From Verrucomicrobiota bacterium (GTDB taxonomy: Bacteria; Verrucomicrobiota; Verrucomicrobiia; Limisphaerales; AAA164-E04): a stretch of 64,000 bases of DNA. The notes under the pieces are model-generated. The model did no database searches. It worked only from the letters and a program-made list of their open reading frames with translations, and was not told the DNA's origin. Shown piece by piece: positions 10,248 to 20,627 of the stretch. Positions within the stretch are counted from its first letter, which is position 1. Every line of letters begins with the position of its first letter. The position numbers and the translations under genes were made by a program. The stretch spans positions 960,001-1,024,000 of the forward strand of contig CP170459.1 of assembly GCA_047947115.1 (NCBI GenBank). Reading direction: 5' to 3'.

Positions 10248-11611
10248 ATTGTTTTGGAAAAACGACCTTCTTTGCGCTCGGCCTGATAGGCATCAAACCG
10301 CATGGCAATATTGCGAATCAACAACCTCCCCAACTCTGTCACCACCAGACCGGATGAGGTTTTTTCAATCAGCCCGTCCGCTTCCATATCCTCCAATGAA
10401 GCGAGTTCCTGCTCATAATGCGAAGAAAAATCAAGATCCAACAACTCCGACATGTGCGCGTAATCCAGCTCAAGATCACACATGAGCCGCATGATGGTGC
10501 GTCGTCGCAGGTGATCTTCAGGTGTCAGAATGTAACCTCGGTGAATCGGCAGATTTCCAGCCTCGACCGAAGCGGTGTATTCGGGCAGCTCCTTTAAATT
10601 CTGCCAATACGCATCCTGAGACTGAGAAATGGACGACATGCCAAACGCATATATGTCCACCCCTCCACGCGTGCTGTAACCTTGGAAATTGCGCTGAAGC
10701 GTCTTGTTGCGCTGGGCGATTCTCAACTCATCGTTTTCCTTGGCAAAGTGGTCCATGCCAATGTAGGCATAACCCTCCGCTGTCAGTTTTTCAATGGTCA
10801 GCTTGAGCAACTGAAGTTTGGTTTCCGGAGTCGGAAGTTCCATCCGATCCTGAAGGATTTTCTGAGCGGGTTTGATCCAGGGTACATGAGCGTAACTGAA
10901 AACCGCCAATCGATCCGGCTGCAACTTCAAGGTGTCTTCCAATGTCTTTTCAAAGGATGCAACGGTCTGGTGAGGCAACCCGTATATCAAATCCACATTC
11001 AAGGACTGAAAATCACACTCACGCAGCCAATCGATCGCCTGCTTGGTCATCTCATAAGGCTGAATGCGATGAACCGCTTTCTGAACCTCAGGATTGTGAT
11101 CCTGAACACCCATGGAGGCGCGATTGAATCCGGCTTCCTTCAACGCCTCGATCGTATCGCGTGTAATGCGTCTTGGATCAATCTCGGCTCCGGCTTCCAC
11201 TTTGTCGGAGATGGTGAAGCGTTTTCGAATGTTATCTCCCAATTTTCGAATCTCGTCGGGGTGTAAAAAGGTAGGTGTGCCTCCCCCCAAATGCACCTGG
11301 ACCACCTTTCGCTTTGAGTTGAGATGCTCCTTCATCAGGTCCATCTCACGATCAATCAGCTTGAGATAACCCTCACTCCGGGAGTGATCCGTGGTAATCA
11401 CAGTTGTGCAGCCGCAAAACCAACACAAAGACTCGCAAAATGGTAAATGGTAATAGAGTGAAAGATCACGCTGCGTTTCGTTGTTGCGACGGATGCTTTC
11501 CATCAACGCGTCCTTGTCCACTTCATCCGTAAAATGCGTGGCGGGCGGATACGATGTATATCGCGGTCCGGGAACGTTGTATTTCCGAATCAGATCGAGA
11601 TCTACTTTCAT
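10244..11611 (-). CDS. hemN: Oxygen-independent coproporphyrinogen III oxidase (radical SAM)
   Basis: GPRYTSYP, CESLCWFCGC, GGGTP, GMDHF and RNFQGYS motifs. Confidence 0.97.
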   Translation of the reverse strand: MKVDLDLIRKYNVPGPRYTSYPPATHFTDEVDKDALMESIRRNNETQRDLSLYYHLPFCESLCWFCGCTTVITTDHSRSEGYLKLIDREMDLMKEHLNSKRKVVQVHLGGGTPTFLHPDEIRKLGDNIRKRFTISDKVEAGAEIDPRRITRDTIEALKEAGFNRASMGVQDHNPEVQKAVHRIQPYEMTKQAIDWLRECDFQSLNVDLIYGLPHQTVASFEKTLEDTLKLQPDRLAVFSYAHVPWIKPAQKILQDRMELPTPETKLQLLKLTIEKLTAEGYAYIGMDHFAKENDELRIAQRNKTLQRNFQGYSTRGGVDIYAFGMSSISQSQDAYWQNLKELPEYTASVEAGNLPIHRGYILTPEDHLRRRTIMRLMCDLELDYAHMSELLDLDFSSHYEQELASLEDMEADGLIEKTSSGLVVTELGRLLIRNIAMRFDAYQAERKEGRFSKTI

Positions 11612-12666
11612 GCCGAACGTGTATTCGAGGCGGAGGCTTGAACGGTTTCAACGACTGCTTGCATGACCTCGACTTGTGAGGAAGGGCGCACTCCATGACC
11701 CAGATTGAATATGAATCCGCTACGATCTTTCATTTCCTCCAGAATACGGTTTGTTTCACGAATAGCAACCTCTGGCGATGCTTCAAGCACCGCCGGATCA
11801 AGATTTCCCTGCACCCCCACCTGCTTCGGAAGACTGGAGGCAACTTCAGACAGACGCTCCGTCCAATCGACGCCCAAAATATTGGCGCCGGTAAGCACCA
11901 GGGATTCCCAATTGCGCGTCCCTTTGGAAAACACAATGACAGGTACCGATTTGTCCAGTTTCGAAACAATTTCACGAATCCAACGCAATGAACCTTGTTC
12001 CACTTGGTTTCCAGCCAAGGTTCCACCCGAGGTATCAAAAATCTGAACCGCGTCCACCCCCGCACGGATCTGCATGTTGAGGTAATCCACAATCACATCG
12101 GTCAGTTTGCGACAGAGGCTCTCAAACAATTCAGGCTGTGCATACATGGCCTTTTTGGCCTGGACAAACTCCCGGGAACTGCCCCCTTCCATCATGAAAT
12201 TGGCCAAAGTCCAGGGAGAACCACTAAACCCTATGAGCGCGGTCTGAGGATCCAATTCGCGCCGGATCATCCGAACCGCTTGATTAACGTAATCCAAACG
12301 TTCCACCGCACCCTGAACCTCCAGACGATCCACATCCCCTGCGTTTTGCACAGGAAATGCCATCTCAATTCCCCCCGTCTCGCGGAAGGAATAACTCTGG
12401 CCCATGGCTTCGCAGACCACGAGAATGTCGCTGAACAAAATGGCAGCATCAAAACCAAAACGCCGGATGGGCTGCAAAGTGACTTCTGTCGCAAGCTCCG
12501 GCGTCTGAACAATTTCAACAAATGAATGCTTCTCCTTGACGGCACGGTACTCAGGCAAAGCCCTGCCGGCCTGCCGCATCATCCAAATAGGAGGCCGGTC
12601 AACCGACTCGCAGCGGCAAGCCCGAACAAAACGTTCACGACATGTAAGTGATTCTTGGTTTGTCAT
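11608..12666 (-). CDS. hemE: Uroporphyrinogen decarboxylase
   Basis: PIWMMRQAGR, AAILFSDIL, QGNLDP and FNLGHG motifs. Confidence 0.97.
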   Translation of the reverse strand: MTNQESLTCRERFVRACRCESVDRPPIWMMRQAGRALPEYRAVKEKHSFVEIVQTPELATEVTLQPIRRFGFDAAILFSDILVVCEAMGQSYSFRETGGIEMAFPVQNAGDVDRLEVQGAVERLDYVNQAVRMIRRELDPQTALIGFSGSPWTLANFMMEGGSSREFVQAKKAMYAQPELFESLCRKLTDVIVDYLNMQIRAGVDAVQIFDTSGGTLAGNQVEQGSLRWIREIVSKLDKSVPVIVFSKGTRNWESLVLTGANILGVDWTERLSEVASSLPKQVGVQGNLDPAVLEASPEVAIRETNRILEEMKDRSGFIFNLGHGVRPSSQVEVMQAVVETVQASASNTRSA

Positions 12667-12883
12667 GGAAGGATATCAACGCGGGCAACTGACCCGAGCG
12701 ACCGATTCAACGCAAAAACCACAAAAAGTCAACCCACATCGGGACTCAGCTCCAACATCATACCCCCTCAAACAGCCGCCGCCACCAAAGCATTCGCCCC
12801 CACAAAACCATAGCAACCCTTTCCATACCAAACAAAAACAACCAAAAAAGTAAAAACCACCGACATTTGAAACCACCCTTCGA

Positions 12884-13152
12884 CAACACCACGCTCAAGT
12901 CAACACCACGTTCAAGTAGCCGCCTTTGCCAAAAGGTGGCGAGCATCATTCAAATCAGGAGGTGGAAAATCGAACAGGTAAGGAACCGCTGCGGCGGGTC
13001 CGTGAGTGCGTATAAGTTTCCGGAGACCTTAAAGCAAAATGCGCACACTGTGGCGGACACGCAATCCCGACTTACTCGGGACATCCCAACAAAAGCAGCC
13101 GCCTCCACCAGAAAGCACTCCCCCCAAGTAGCCGCTTTCGCCAGAAAGTGGC
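12884..13152. repeat. Intergenic repeat cluster: 17-bp tandem duplication plus three REP-like GTAGCCGC palindromes
   Basis: CAACACCACGCTCAAGT/CAACACCACGTTCAAGT (12884-12917); GTAGCCGCCTTTGCCAAAAGGTGGC (12916), degenerate copy (13095), GTAGCCGCTTTCGCCAGAAAGTGGC (13128). Confidence 0.55.
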
Positions 13153-13207
13153 CCCCCAGACGATGAGTTGCGACTTTTACTTTAAAAGGCTATGCTATGA
13201 GTTCTTT

Positions 13208-13849
13208 ATGTGGAAATTTCAATTCATGGGATTCCCAGTGGCGGTCCACTGGTGGTTTTGGCTAACAATGTTCCTGTTGGGCGGCGGCGCAAGCGCCCAA
13301 CACTCGGCACAGTTTGTCTTCCCTCTCCTGTTCGTGGCCGCCGCCTTCATATCCATCGTAGCCCACGAACTGGGACACGCGGTAGCCGGCCGCAAATACG
13401 GCGCTTATCCATCCATTTACCTTCACGGATTTGGAGGAGTCACCACCCTGCCGGGAGCACGGTTTAACCGCAATCAAAGCATGTTTGTCAGTTTCGCAGG
13501 ACCATTGACCAGCATGCTGCTGGCATTGATTTCCTTCCTTCTATTCCCCATAGTCGCCAAACTATCCATTCAATTAGGACAACTGTTCGGAATCATGGTC
13601 TATATCAACATCTTTTGGACCATTCTGAACTTACTCCCCATTCAGCCCCTTGACGGCGGCCAGATCTTCCGCGATTTCATGGGCCCATCCAGACGCGAAA
13701 TCACCCGATGGGTAGGCGTTGTCTCTGCTGGCTTGGCCGCCATTTGGGCACTGAACAATCAGCGTGTATTTCTGTGCATGATGATGGCCTACCTGGCCTT
13801 TCTAAACTATCAGGAAACACCGGGCGAAGGCGGCGTCATCACCCATTAA
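13208..13849 (+). CDS. Site-2 protease (peptidase M50)
   Basis: HELGH, FAGP and NLLPIQPLDGG motifs; multiple TM segments; ATG at 13208. Confidence 0.9.
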   Translation: MWKFQFMGFPVAVHWWFWLTMFLLGGGASAQHSAQFVFPLLFVAAAFISIVAHELGHAVAGRKYGAYPSIYLHGFGGVTTLPGARFNRNQSMFVSFAGPLTSMLLALISFLLFPIVAKLSIQLGQLFGIMVYINIFWTILNLLPIQPLDGGQIFRDFMGPSRREITRWVGVVSAGLAAIWALNNQRVFLCMMMAYLAFLNYQETPGEGGVITH

Positions 13850-13885
13850 TATCGTAACTGCGAAAACCGAACAGATCAGTCAATA

Positions 13886-14755
13886 ATGAAACAAACAATA
13901 AAATGGCTACCGCGATACCTCAGTTTGACCGCCATGGTTGCATGTTTGGCCATGGAATTCCGAACCCAAGCGGCATCTCCATCTAACGAACTGAAAGGCA
14001 ATGTATTAACAGACATCGGATACCACTCCCCAGACCAACCAGGCTATGATGATTACACAGCCGAGCGATGCAAACTGGACATATACGTGCCGACCGGAGC
14101 AAAAAACCTTCCAACCGTAGTCTGGTTCCACGGAGGCGGACTGAGCGGAGGAAACAAAGAACTCCCGAGCAGACTCAAGAACCAGCAAATCATCATTGTG
14201 GCCCCCAACTACCGACTGTTTCCAAAGGTCAAAAGTCCCGTTTACATAAAAGACGCGGCAGCGGCGGTTGCCTGGACCTTCCACAACATAGAAGCCCATG
14301 GCGGCTCAAAGGAACTCATTTTTATATCAGGCCACTCAGCAGGAGGCTATCTTGCCTCCATGGTGGGACTGGATAAACAATGGCTGGCAACGCACGAAAT
14401 CAACGCCAATGACATTGCTGGACTCATCCCCTTCAGCGGACACACCATCACCCACTTCACAGTGCGCGAAGAGAGAGGCATACCCGGCGAACGTCCCATC
14501 ATCGATGAAATGGCACCCCTTTATCACGTCCGCTCCGACGCGCCCCCACTGGTCCTGATCACCGGAGATCGCGAACTGGAAATGCTCGGTCGCTACGAAG
14601 AAAACGCCTACATGATGCGCATGATGAAAGTAGCCGGCCACAAACAAACCATCCTCTACGAACTCCAAGGCTATGGCCACAACATGACCGAACCCGCCTA
14701 CCCCATCCTGATCCGCCAAATCAAAACCCTGAGCCAAAACAAAAAATCAAGGTAG
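13886..14755 (+). CDS. Alpha/beta hydrolase (HSL-like esterase)
   Basis: HGGG oxyanion motif, GHSAG nucleophile elbow, signal peptide. Confidence 0.9.
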   Translation: MKQTIKWLPRYLSLTAMVACLAMEFRTQAASPSNELKGNVLTDIGYHSPDQPGYDDYTAERCKLDIYVPTGAKNLPTVVWFHGGGLSGGNKELPSRLKNQQIIIVAPNYRLFPKVKSPVYIKDAAAAVAWTFHNIEAHGGSKELIFISGHSAGGYLASMVGLDKQWLATHEINANDIAGLIPFSGHTITHFTVREERGIPGERPIIDEMAPLYHVRSDAPPLVLITGDRELEMLGRYEENAYMMRMMKVAGHKQTILYELQGYGHNMTEPAYPILIRQIKTLSQNKKSR

Positions 14756-14838
14756 CACGACAACCGAAGGGAAAAACCAGCTCCAACTTTTTGGCTTCGC
14801 AAACCCAAAAAGCCATGCTAAATAATCCATCCCTACGC

Positions 14839-14914
14839 GCTCCTGTAGTTCAACTGGATAGAACTGCGGTTTCCTAAACCGTCGATCTGGGTTCGAGTCC
14901 CGGCAGGAGTACCA
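14839..14914 (+). tRNA. tRNA-Arg (anticodon CCT)
   Basis: GCTCCTG/CAGGAGT acceptor stem, D-arm GTTCAACTGGATAGAAC, anticodon arm GCGGT-TTCCTAA-ACCGT, GTTCGAGTCC T-arm, encoded CCA. Confidence 0.96.
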
Positions 14915-15019
14915 CTTAAACATCAGAAGTTTAACTCAACACACAGCTTAACGCCCCCCATTCAACTTGACTTTTTCCAACAGTTGAGCAGTAGCAACTC
15001 GGCAAAAACCTGTCAAAGT

Positions 15020-15235
15020 TAGAACCGGAAACATCGCTTGCCGGATACGTCTCTCAGAAGCACGTTGCTCACGTTCGATCAATTCACGCTCTGTTAATCG
15101 CAACAAAAACTCGGCATATCCACTACGTTCCTTGGCGCACAGCTGAGCCATCGATTCATATTCTCTCAAGATCGTGGGCAGTTTGAGCGCCTTGAGATGG
15201 TGAGCGAGCAGCACATTTGGTACATCCTTGTTCAT
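15020..15235 (-). pseudogene. istB: IS21 helper ATPase IstB, 3'-truncated
   Basis: LKALKLPT...LTERELIEREQRASERRIRQAMFP, then similarity stops before the Walker A motif; start overlaps the istA stop; breakpoint approximate. Confidence 0.85.
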
Positions 15236-16731
15236 CGTTCACCTCCCACCAATTGGGCATACTTACTCAAGTCCGGTGCTTTAACCCTAACATGTTTCAA
15301 ATGAGGATGCCCATCCAGGTTGAAGATTTGTTCACGCCATTGCTCTTGAGGATACAAAAACTGGGCTACGGCATCTCGAGTGATGGCTCCATACTCCAGA
15401 GCTTTGGATGCCGCGTGTACCAATGATGGCATGGAATGCTTCTCCAGTAAGCGAAGGATTTTGATATACTCTCTGACACCTTCGCCCCCGTATTGGTTTT
15501 CCAGGCGTTTTCGCAGAGTGGTGAACGTTTCTGGTAGTTCCCATTTGTCCAACGGTAACGCGTGATCTAATGCGCCAGGTTTACGTTCCAGCAAAGCCAA
15601 GTAATGCACTGGTTCAAACCTGACCTTTTCCTTATCCCAAATCCGCGAATGACGAGCCACTTCTTGCCCTTGTGCGTAAAGGATCACTTCCCAGCAAAAA
15701 CCTTTGGCGACGATGGGATGATGTGCCCCGCAGACTGGAACCGAATAGTCGTTGCAATCAAAACGCACCAAGGACAGAGAACTCGCAGTGGTTGACACTT
15801 TTCGAGCTGCTTCAAATGGGCTGGCAGGCAATGAGATCATGGCTGCCTGATCTTCAGTTAGAAGAACCTCTTTGGAATCGGGTTTACCCCTGAGTCGTCG
15901 TTTAAGTTCTTCCTGACATCGTTGCCTGAGTTGTGCATTGAGATCTTCAAAATCCAGCACTTGAGGAACTGGAACCATGAAGTTGAGTCGAGTGTATTTG
16001 ACCAATCCTTCCACCACACCTTTTTCATTACCACGAGCTGGAAGGCAAAAGTGATGATCAAAAAGATAATGGCTTTTGAGTTGAAGAAAACCATGTGTCA
16101 GACGCCGTGGTCTCGATCCGATAATCTGGGATACAGCAATCCTGGTGTTGTCATAGGTGATGCGTTTGGGAACACCGTTGAAAAACTCGAAAGCTTGAAC
16201 ATGCCCTTCTTGGAATGTCTCTGTGTTCTCGCGCTCAAAGGCCATTACAAAAACGGCGTCACTGTGAGGCAATGACATCACAAAGAATGGGATCTTTCGA
16301 AGCTGGCCTCCTACGCAAGCAAGAGCATGCCCAAAATCGACCTGAGCCTCTCCAGGAGGATGTTTGAGGGGGATGAAGACTTCCTGATTCTTTTGGGTAA
16401 GACGTCTTACAGCCTGCCTGACAGTAGAATAGGCCCCTTGATAACCATTTTCATCTCGAAGCCGTTCCCAGATACGCTTGGCTGTGTGTCTCTGTTTTTT
16501 GTGAATTTTGAGATCATCCTCAAGGATTTGCTTAATCCGGTCCTCAAAAGGACCAATTTTGGGACGTTCACGCGGTTTGGTTAATTGATAACCAGGAGGT
16601 TCACTATGAGTTAGGATCTTGTTCAGGGTTCGCCAATGCATCCCTGTTTCCCGTAGTATGCTGCGCTTGCTGACTCCCTCAACAAGCACCCTTCTTCTTA
16701 TGTCATTCCATTGTTCCATATCGGCATACAT
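15232..16731 (-). CDS. istA: IS21-family transposase IstA
   Basis: N-terminal HTH, PGEAQVDFG, ITYDN, EKGVVE (DDE), VRFDCNDYSVP. Confidence 0.95.
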   Translation of the reverse strand: MYADMEQWNDIRRRVLVEGVSKRSILRETGMHWRTLNKILTHSEPPGYQLTKPRERPKIGPFEDRIKQILEDDLKIHKKQRHTAKRIWERLRDENGYQGAYSTVRQAVRRLTQKNQEVFIPLKHPPGEAQVDFGHALACVGGQLRKIPFFVMSLPHSDAVFVMAFERENTETFQEGHVQAFEFFNGVPKRITYDNTRIAVSQIIGSRPRRLTHGFLQLKSHYLFDHHFCLPARGNEKGVVEGLVKYTRLNFMVPVPQVLDFEDLNAQLRQRCQEELKRRLRGKPDSKEVLLTEDQAAMISLPASPFEAARKVSTTASSLSLVRFDCNDYSVPVCGAHHPIVAKGFCWEVILYAQGQEVARHSRIWDKEKVRFEPVHYLALLERKPGALDHALPLDKWELPETFTTLRKRLENQYGGEGVREYIKILRLLEKHSMPSLVHAASKALEYGAITRDAVAQFLYPQEQWREQIFNLDGHPHLKHVRVKAPDLSKYAQLVGGER

Positions 16732-16814
16732 GCTCCTTTCTTAGCATGATGCCGCACTTTTCGACTGTCACTTTCCTGACCCCGACCCGCCGCACTTTTC
16801 GACTGGCGCCTACA

Positions 16815-17257
16815 TCTTGAACCCAGCATGGAAACTTAACATGAGGCTTGAGCATAGGCTTGAACCAGATCCAATGCCCATTGAATCTGATTGGGGTGGT
16901 AAATCTCAATCGAACAATCATACGGTAATCGAATGATCATTGGCGACTGACCAGAGCCATTCATCTGGATCTTAAAAAACCATCCGTTGACCCAACGGTT
17001 TTTTGCTTCTTAGTTGGAGAAACCCCCAGCCATTTGATCAACGTATCGCGTGTGACCGTTTTATCGAGACAATACCGATAAGGACTCAATCCGCTTTTAT
17101 GAAAGTCCTTGAGGATTTCCTCCCGCTCATGTTGTGAGTAGCGCTTTGCGCATGTAGGGGATTTTTTGCCTGGGGCCTGTATTGATGCTTGATCCATGCT
17201 TGGGAGTATTACCCTGATGGAAGCCTTTGACCAGTAGGTCGCCGGTACACCGCTTAC
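16815..17257 (-). mobile_element. IS66-family remnant: left end, frameshifted tnpA (16836-17197) and first codons of tnpB
   Basis: GTAAGCG terminus at 17257; HTH RYSQHEREEILKDFHKSGLS; adding 1 nt at the homopolymer run 16974-16979 restores ...IRLPYDCSIEI...AQASC*, which overlaps ATG-LSFHAGFK (TnpB-like start). Confidence 0.75.
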
Positions 17258-17377
17258 GGTGAAATAAAATGATATATGCTGTGGTTGGTGCGTGGCAATG
17301 TCACAAAAAGGTAAATTTAGATTGACCAAAAGCAATAAGCTTGAGGGTAATACCGCGGAACGCAATCTTGAGGCATA

Positions 17378-19372
17378 ATGTTAAAGACATTTTATGAGAA
17401 ATTATCTGATACAATATTTGGACAGACTGCTAATTATCCGAATAATTCCATTGATTACGAAGAATTGCACATTCTGATCCTTGATATAGATCCCGAATGG
17501 TTCCACAAAGTAGAAAAACTTTTAGCTTCTGCTGGATTAGGTGGTGATAATCTAAGGGTAAAACTATTGCAGGTGTCCACGTTGGACCAGGCAATTGAGG
17601 AATTAAATAGGAATCAGTTCAACGTCGTATTGACGGATCTCCATCTTGAAGATGCGACAGGTTTTTTGATTACAAACCAGTTGAAAAATCATGCTGCCGA
17701 AACCCCGTTGGTGGTGATCACTAACATGGTGAACTGGTCCACGATTATCAAGGCAGCACAGGTCGGCGTCAGTGATTTCATCAGTAAAAGAGAACTTAGA
17801 CCGGATTTACTTGCTCGCAGTGTTTTAGGTGCGATAGAGCGTGGTAAGATTGAACATAAACTTAAATCATCCAGGCAGATATATGAAAATTTGACCGAAA
17901 TGATGCCTGTCGGTATGGTTCTTGTAACAAGTGAACTGAACATTACATATGCCAACGACACATTCTGTAACAGTTTCCAAATATCCAATCTAAAAATACT
18001 TGAAAAAGCTTTACACGAATTGCTTGAGCCCTCTCTTCACTGGGAAAAGATTTTGGGGAATCTTGAGAAAAATAAAGATTACCAGGAATACGAAGCCATC
18101 GGAAAAACTGAAGCAAGTTGCGGAAAATCATTTTTGATCATCGCTAGAAAATCCGAGATTGATATTAATTTGCCGGCGGGAGGGTATCAGTGCATCGTTT
18201 GGGATGTTACCGAACAAAAATCAAATTTTATCCGTGCTGATATTGAGAAGAAATTGGAATTTGTACAACAGCGTATGGGTTCGGTATTTAACGCAATTAA
18301 CAGCAATTTAGCAGCTATTGTTATTGATAGTGAAAACGTAGGTTGGCAGAGTGATACGGAACAAAAAGAAATCATTCTACAACGAATAAGGGATTCCGTG
18401 CAATCTGCGAGGAGCATCATGAAGCCATTTTTGTATGAGACTGGTGATGTGACCGTCAGATGGGAGAAAATGGACATAAACAAATTAATTAAGAATTGTT
18501 TCAAAAATGCCTCTCATGGTCGGAAAAAAGGAATATCATTTGAATTATCACTTCCCGCGAATACTTACACACTAGTTGTAGAGCCAGGGCACATACAACG
18601 CATATTCAATAATTTGTTCCAGAATGCAGTTGAAGCCATTCACGACAAAGGAATTATTTCAGTGGACGTCAAATCTGTTCCGCATTCAGAACTGAAATCA
18701 ATAATTGCTGAGGCAGAGTCACATGTCAACGGATGGTTAAAAATAGCCTTCAAAGACACTGGATCAGGAATTGAGAACAAATTAATACCTCGAGTCATTG
18801 AACCGCTTTATACAACCAAAGGCCCACTGCATGCAGGATTAGGGCTTTCAGAGGTTTGGAAACTTGCCAAATTACACAATGGTTTTATAAAACTAAAGAG
18901 TATTTTAGACAAGGGGACAGAAGTGGAATTGTATTTACCTATCTTTGAAGAAGCTCTAACTCCACCCAACACTCCAGAAAGTGGATTTGTCGAACAAAAC
19001 AGAGTTTGTCTGAGGGTAATGGTGGTAGAAGATGATCACGAATTGAGGGAAGCCATGGTAAGTCTCCTGCATCACCTTGGTTATTCTGTTGTGAATTTCG
19101 TTAATGGTGCAGAAGCCTTGAATCACTTTTCAAAGCATAGCGGAAATATAGACATTATCATCACAGATTACTACATGCCCGTAATGGATGGCGCTCAATT
19201 GATAGAAAATCTTCGTAAGTTATCTCAATCTGTTAAAATAATTTTTATGACCGGTTGTGAAAAGCAGAATGATTTAGAATGTTTTGATAGCAATTATGTA
19301 GATGCTGTTATTTATAAACCTTATTCCAGCGATGAGCTTAAAGAAGCCCTAGAAAAAGTCTCAAAAAGCTGA
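17378..19372 (+). CDS. Hybrid sensor kinase-like protein (REC-PAS-degenerate HisKA-HATPase-REC)
   Basis: VVLTDLHL receiver, PAS, NNLFQNAVEA N-box, DTGSGI, YTTK..GLGL, C-terminal IITDYYMPVMDG receiver. Confidence 0.9.
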   Translation: MLKTFYEKLSDTIFGQTANYPNNSIDYEELHILILDIDPEWFHKVEKLLASAGLGGDNLRVKLLQVSTLDQAIEELNRNQFNVVLTDLHLEDATGFLITNQLKNHAAETPLVVITNMVNWSTIIKAAQVGVSDFISKRELRPDLLARSVLGAIERGKIEHKLKSSRQIYENLTEMMPVGMVLVTSELNITYANDTFCNSFQISNLKILEKALHELLEPSLHWEKILGNLEKNKDYQEYEAIGKTEASCGKSFLIIARKSEIDINLPAGGYQCIVWDVTEQKSNFIRADIEKKLEFVQQRMGSVFNAINSNLAAIVIDSENVGWQSDTEQKEIILQRIRDSVQSARSIMKPFLYETGDVTVRWEKMDINKLIKNCFKNASHGRKKGISFELSLPANTYTLVVEPGHIQRIFNNLFQNAVEAIHDKGIISVDVKSVPHSELKSIIAEAESHVNGWLKIAFKDTGSGIENKLIPRVIEPLYTTKGPLHAGLGLSEVWKLAKLHNGFIKLKSILDKGTEVELYLPIFEEALTPPNTPESGFVEQNRVCLRVMVVEDDHELREAMVSLLHHLGYSVVNFVNGAEALNHFSKHSGNIDIIITDYYMPVMDGAQLIENLRKLSQSVKIIFMTGCEKQNDLECFDSNYVDAVIYKPYSSDELKEALEKVSKS

Positions 19373-19465
19373 ATAATTTATCTATCAGCTCTAAATTTTA
19401 CATGTGTGTAAGTTACAATAAAACATTACTATAACAACATCGGTAAATTTGAATATTAATATATT

Positions 19466-20578
19466 ATGCTATCAGATTATATACACAAAAACGTAATCAC
19501 TGACACTTCTCACTCTATAATATATACAAATAAATTATTAGAAATTGTTTTCGTGAATGATGGATGGGTGAATCAAACTGGATACAGTAAGAATGAATCC
19601 TTGGGCAAAACTCCAGAACAATTGTTGGCGGGTCCTGACACAGAACAGAAGAAACTGTCGACCATATACAGTGCCATTCGAGAAAACAAACGCATTCAAA
19701 TCGAAATCATCAACTATAAAAAAAATGGGCGTAAATATGTGGCATTTCTTGATATCGCACCTATTCAAATTGATGGAAAAGCTTTTGGTTGGATGTACGT
19801 TTCTATCGACATTACTAAATACAAAAATGGCTTAAAAATTTGTAAGAAAAAAAATGACAAGTTAAACATACAATTTAAAGAATTATTAAACATATATCAA
19901 AAGAGAGAGAATGAAATAGCCGGATTAAGTCATGACTTGAGAAACGTTATTCACCAATTATCTGCATCTTATGAGTTAATTGCTCTTGAGAAACTGACTG
20001 GGCAGCAGAGAAATATTCATGATAAGGCATCAAATGTCATAGACACTGCTGTTATACTGTTAGATGAAATCATTCGATTAAACAAAATTAATTATCATAG
20101 TGATATTAATCGATTTGAGAAAATAAACTTGTATAATATGATAAAAGACTGCTTGTCTAGAGCGTTAATATCACAATCAAAAGAAAATTATCGAATAAAA
20201 TATCATTTTTCAAACATGGATGCAACAGTCATCTCAGATAGTGTCTTGTTGATGCGGATTTTTACTAACATAATATCTAACGCTGTAAAGTACAAAAAAG
20301 ACACAATATGCATAAGCGTGTTTTTACACGAATACAAAACCCATTATAGAATAAATATTAAAGATGCTGGTATAGGTATTGAGGAAAATGTATTAAAAAA
20401 TATTTTTGCACATTATGAAAGAGGCGAAAACTTTCTTACAAATACAATAAAGGGTCATGGCTTGGGTATGAGCATTGTCAAATCCCTGTGTGACGAACTA
20501 AAAATTAAGTTATCGGTAAATAGTGTGCCAAATAAAGGCACTGATGTTTCTCTTAACATTCCAAAAAAAATCACGTAA
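19466..20578 (+). CDS. PAS (LOV-like) sensor histidine kinase
   Basis: VNDGWVNQTGYS...GPDT...NYKKNG PAS; SHDLRN H-box; NIISNAVKY, DAGIGI, GHGLGM. Confidence 0.9.
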   Translation: MLSDYIHKNVITDTSHSIIYTNKLLEIVFVNDGWVNQTGYSKNESLGKTPEQLLAGPDTEQKKLSTIYSAIRENKRIQIEIINYKKNGRKYVAFLDIAPIQIDGKAFGWMYVSIDITKYKNGLKICKKKNDKLNIQFKELLNIYQKRENEIAGLSHDLRNVIHQLSASYELIALEKLTGQQRNIHDKASNVIDTAVILLDEIIRLNKINYHSDINRFEKINLYNMIKDCLSRALISQSKENYRIKYHFSNMDATVISDSVLLMRIFTNIISNAVKYKKDTICISVFLHEYKTHYRINIKDAGIGIEENVLKNIFAHYERGENFLTNTIKGHGLGMSIVKSLCDELKIKLSVNSVPNKGTDVSLNIPKKIT

Positions 20579-20627
20579 GAAAGTGTTCAAAAATCATATT
20601 TTAAAACAAAAGGATCTTAGCTATTGT

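Larger units (their letters stand above)
15020..16814 (-). mobile_element. IS21-family element lacking its right end
   Basis: Left end TGTAGGCGCC at 16814 with two internal 17-bp repeats GCCGCACTTTTCGACTG (16751, 16789); no matching right end found. Confidence 0.8.

Noticed and set aside
16961..17365. 134-aa ORF as a standalone gene
   Set aside because: It crosses the IS66 end at 17257; only 17197 downward is tnpA
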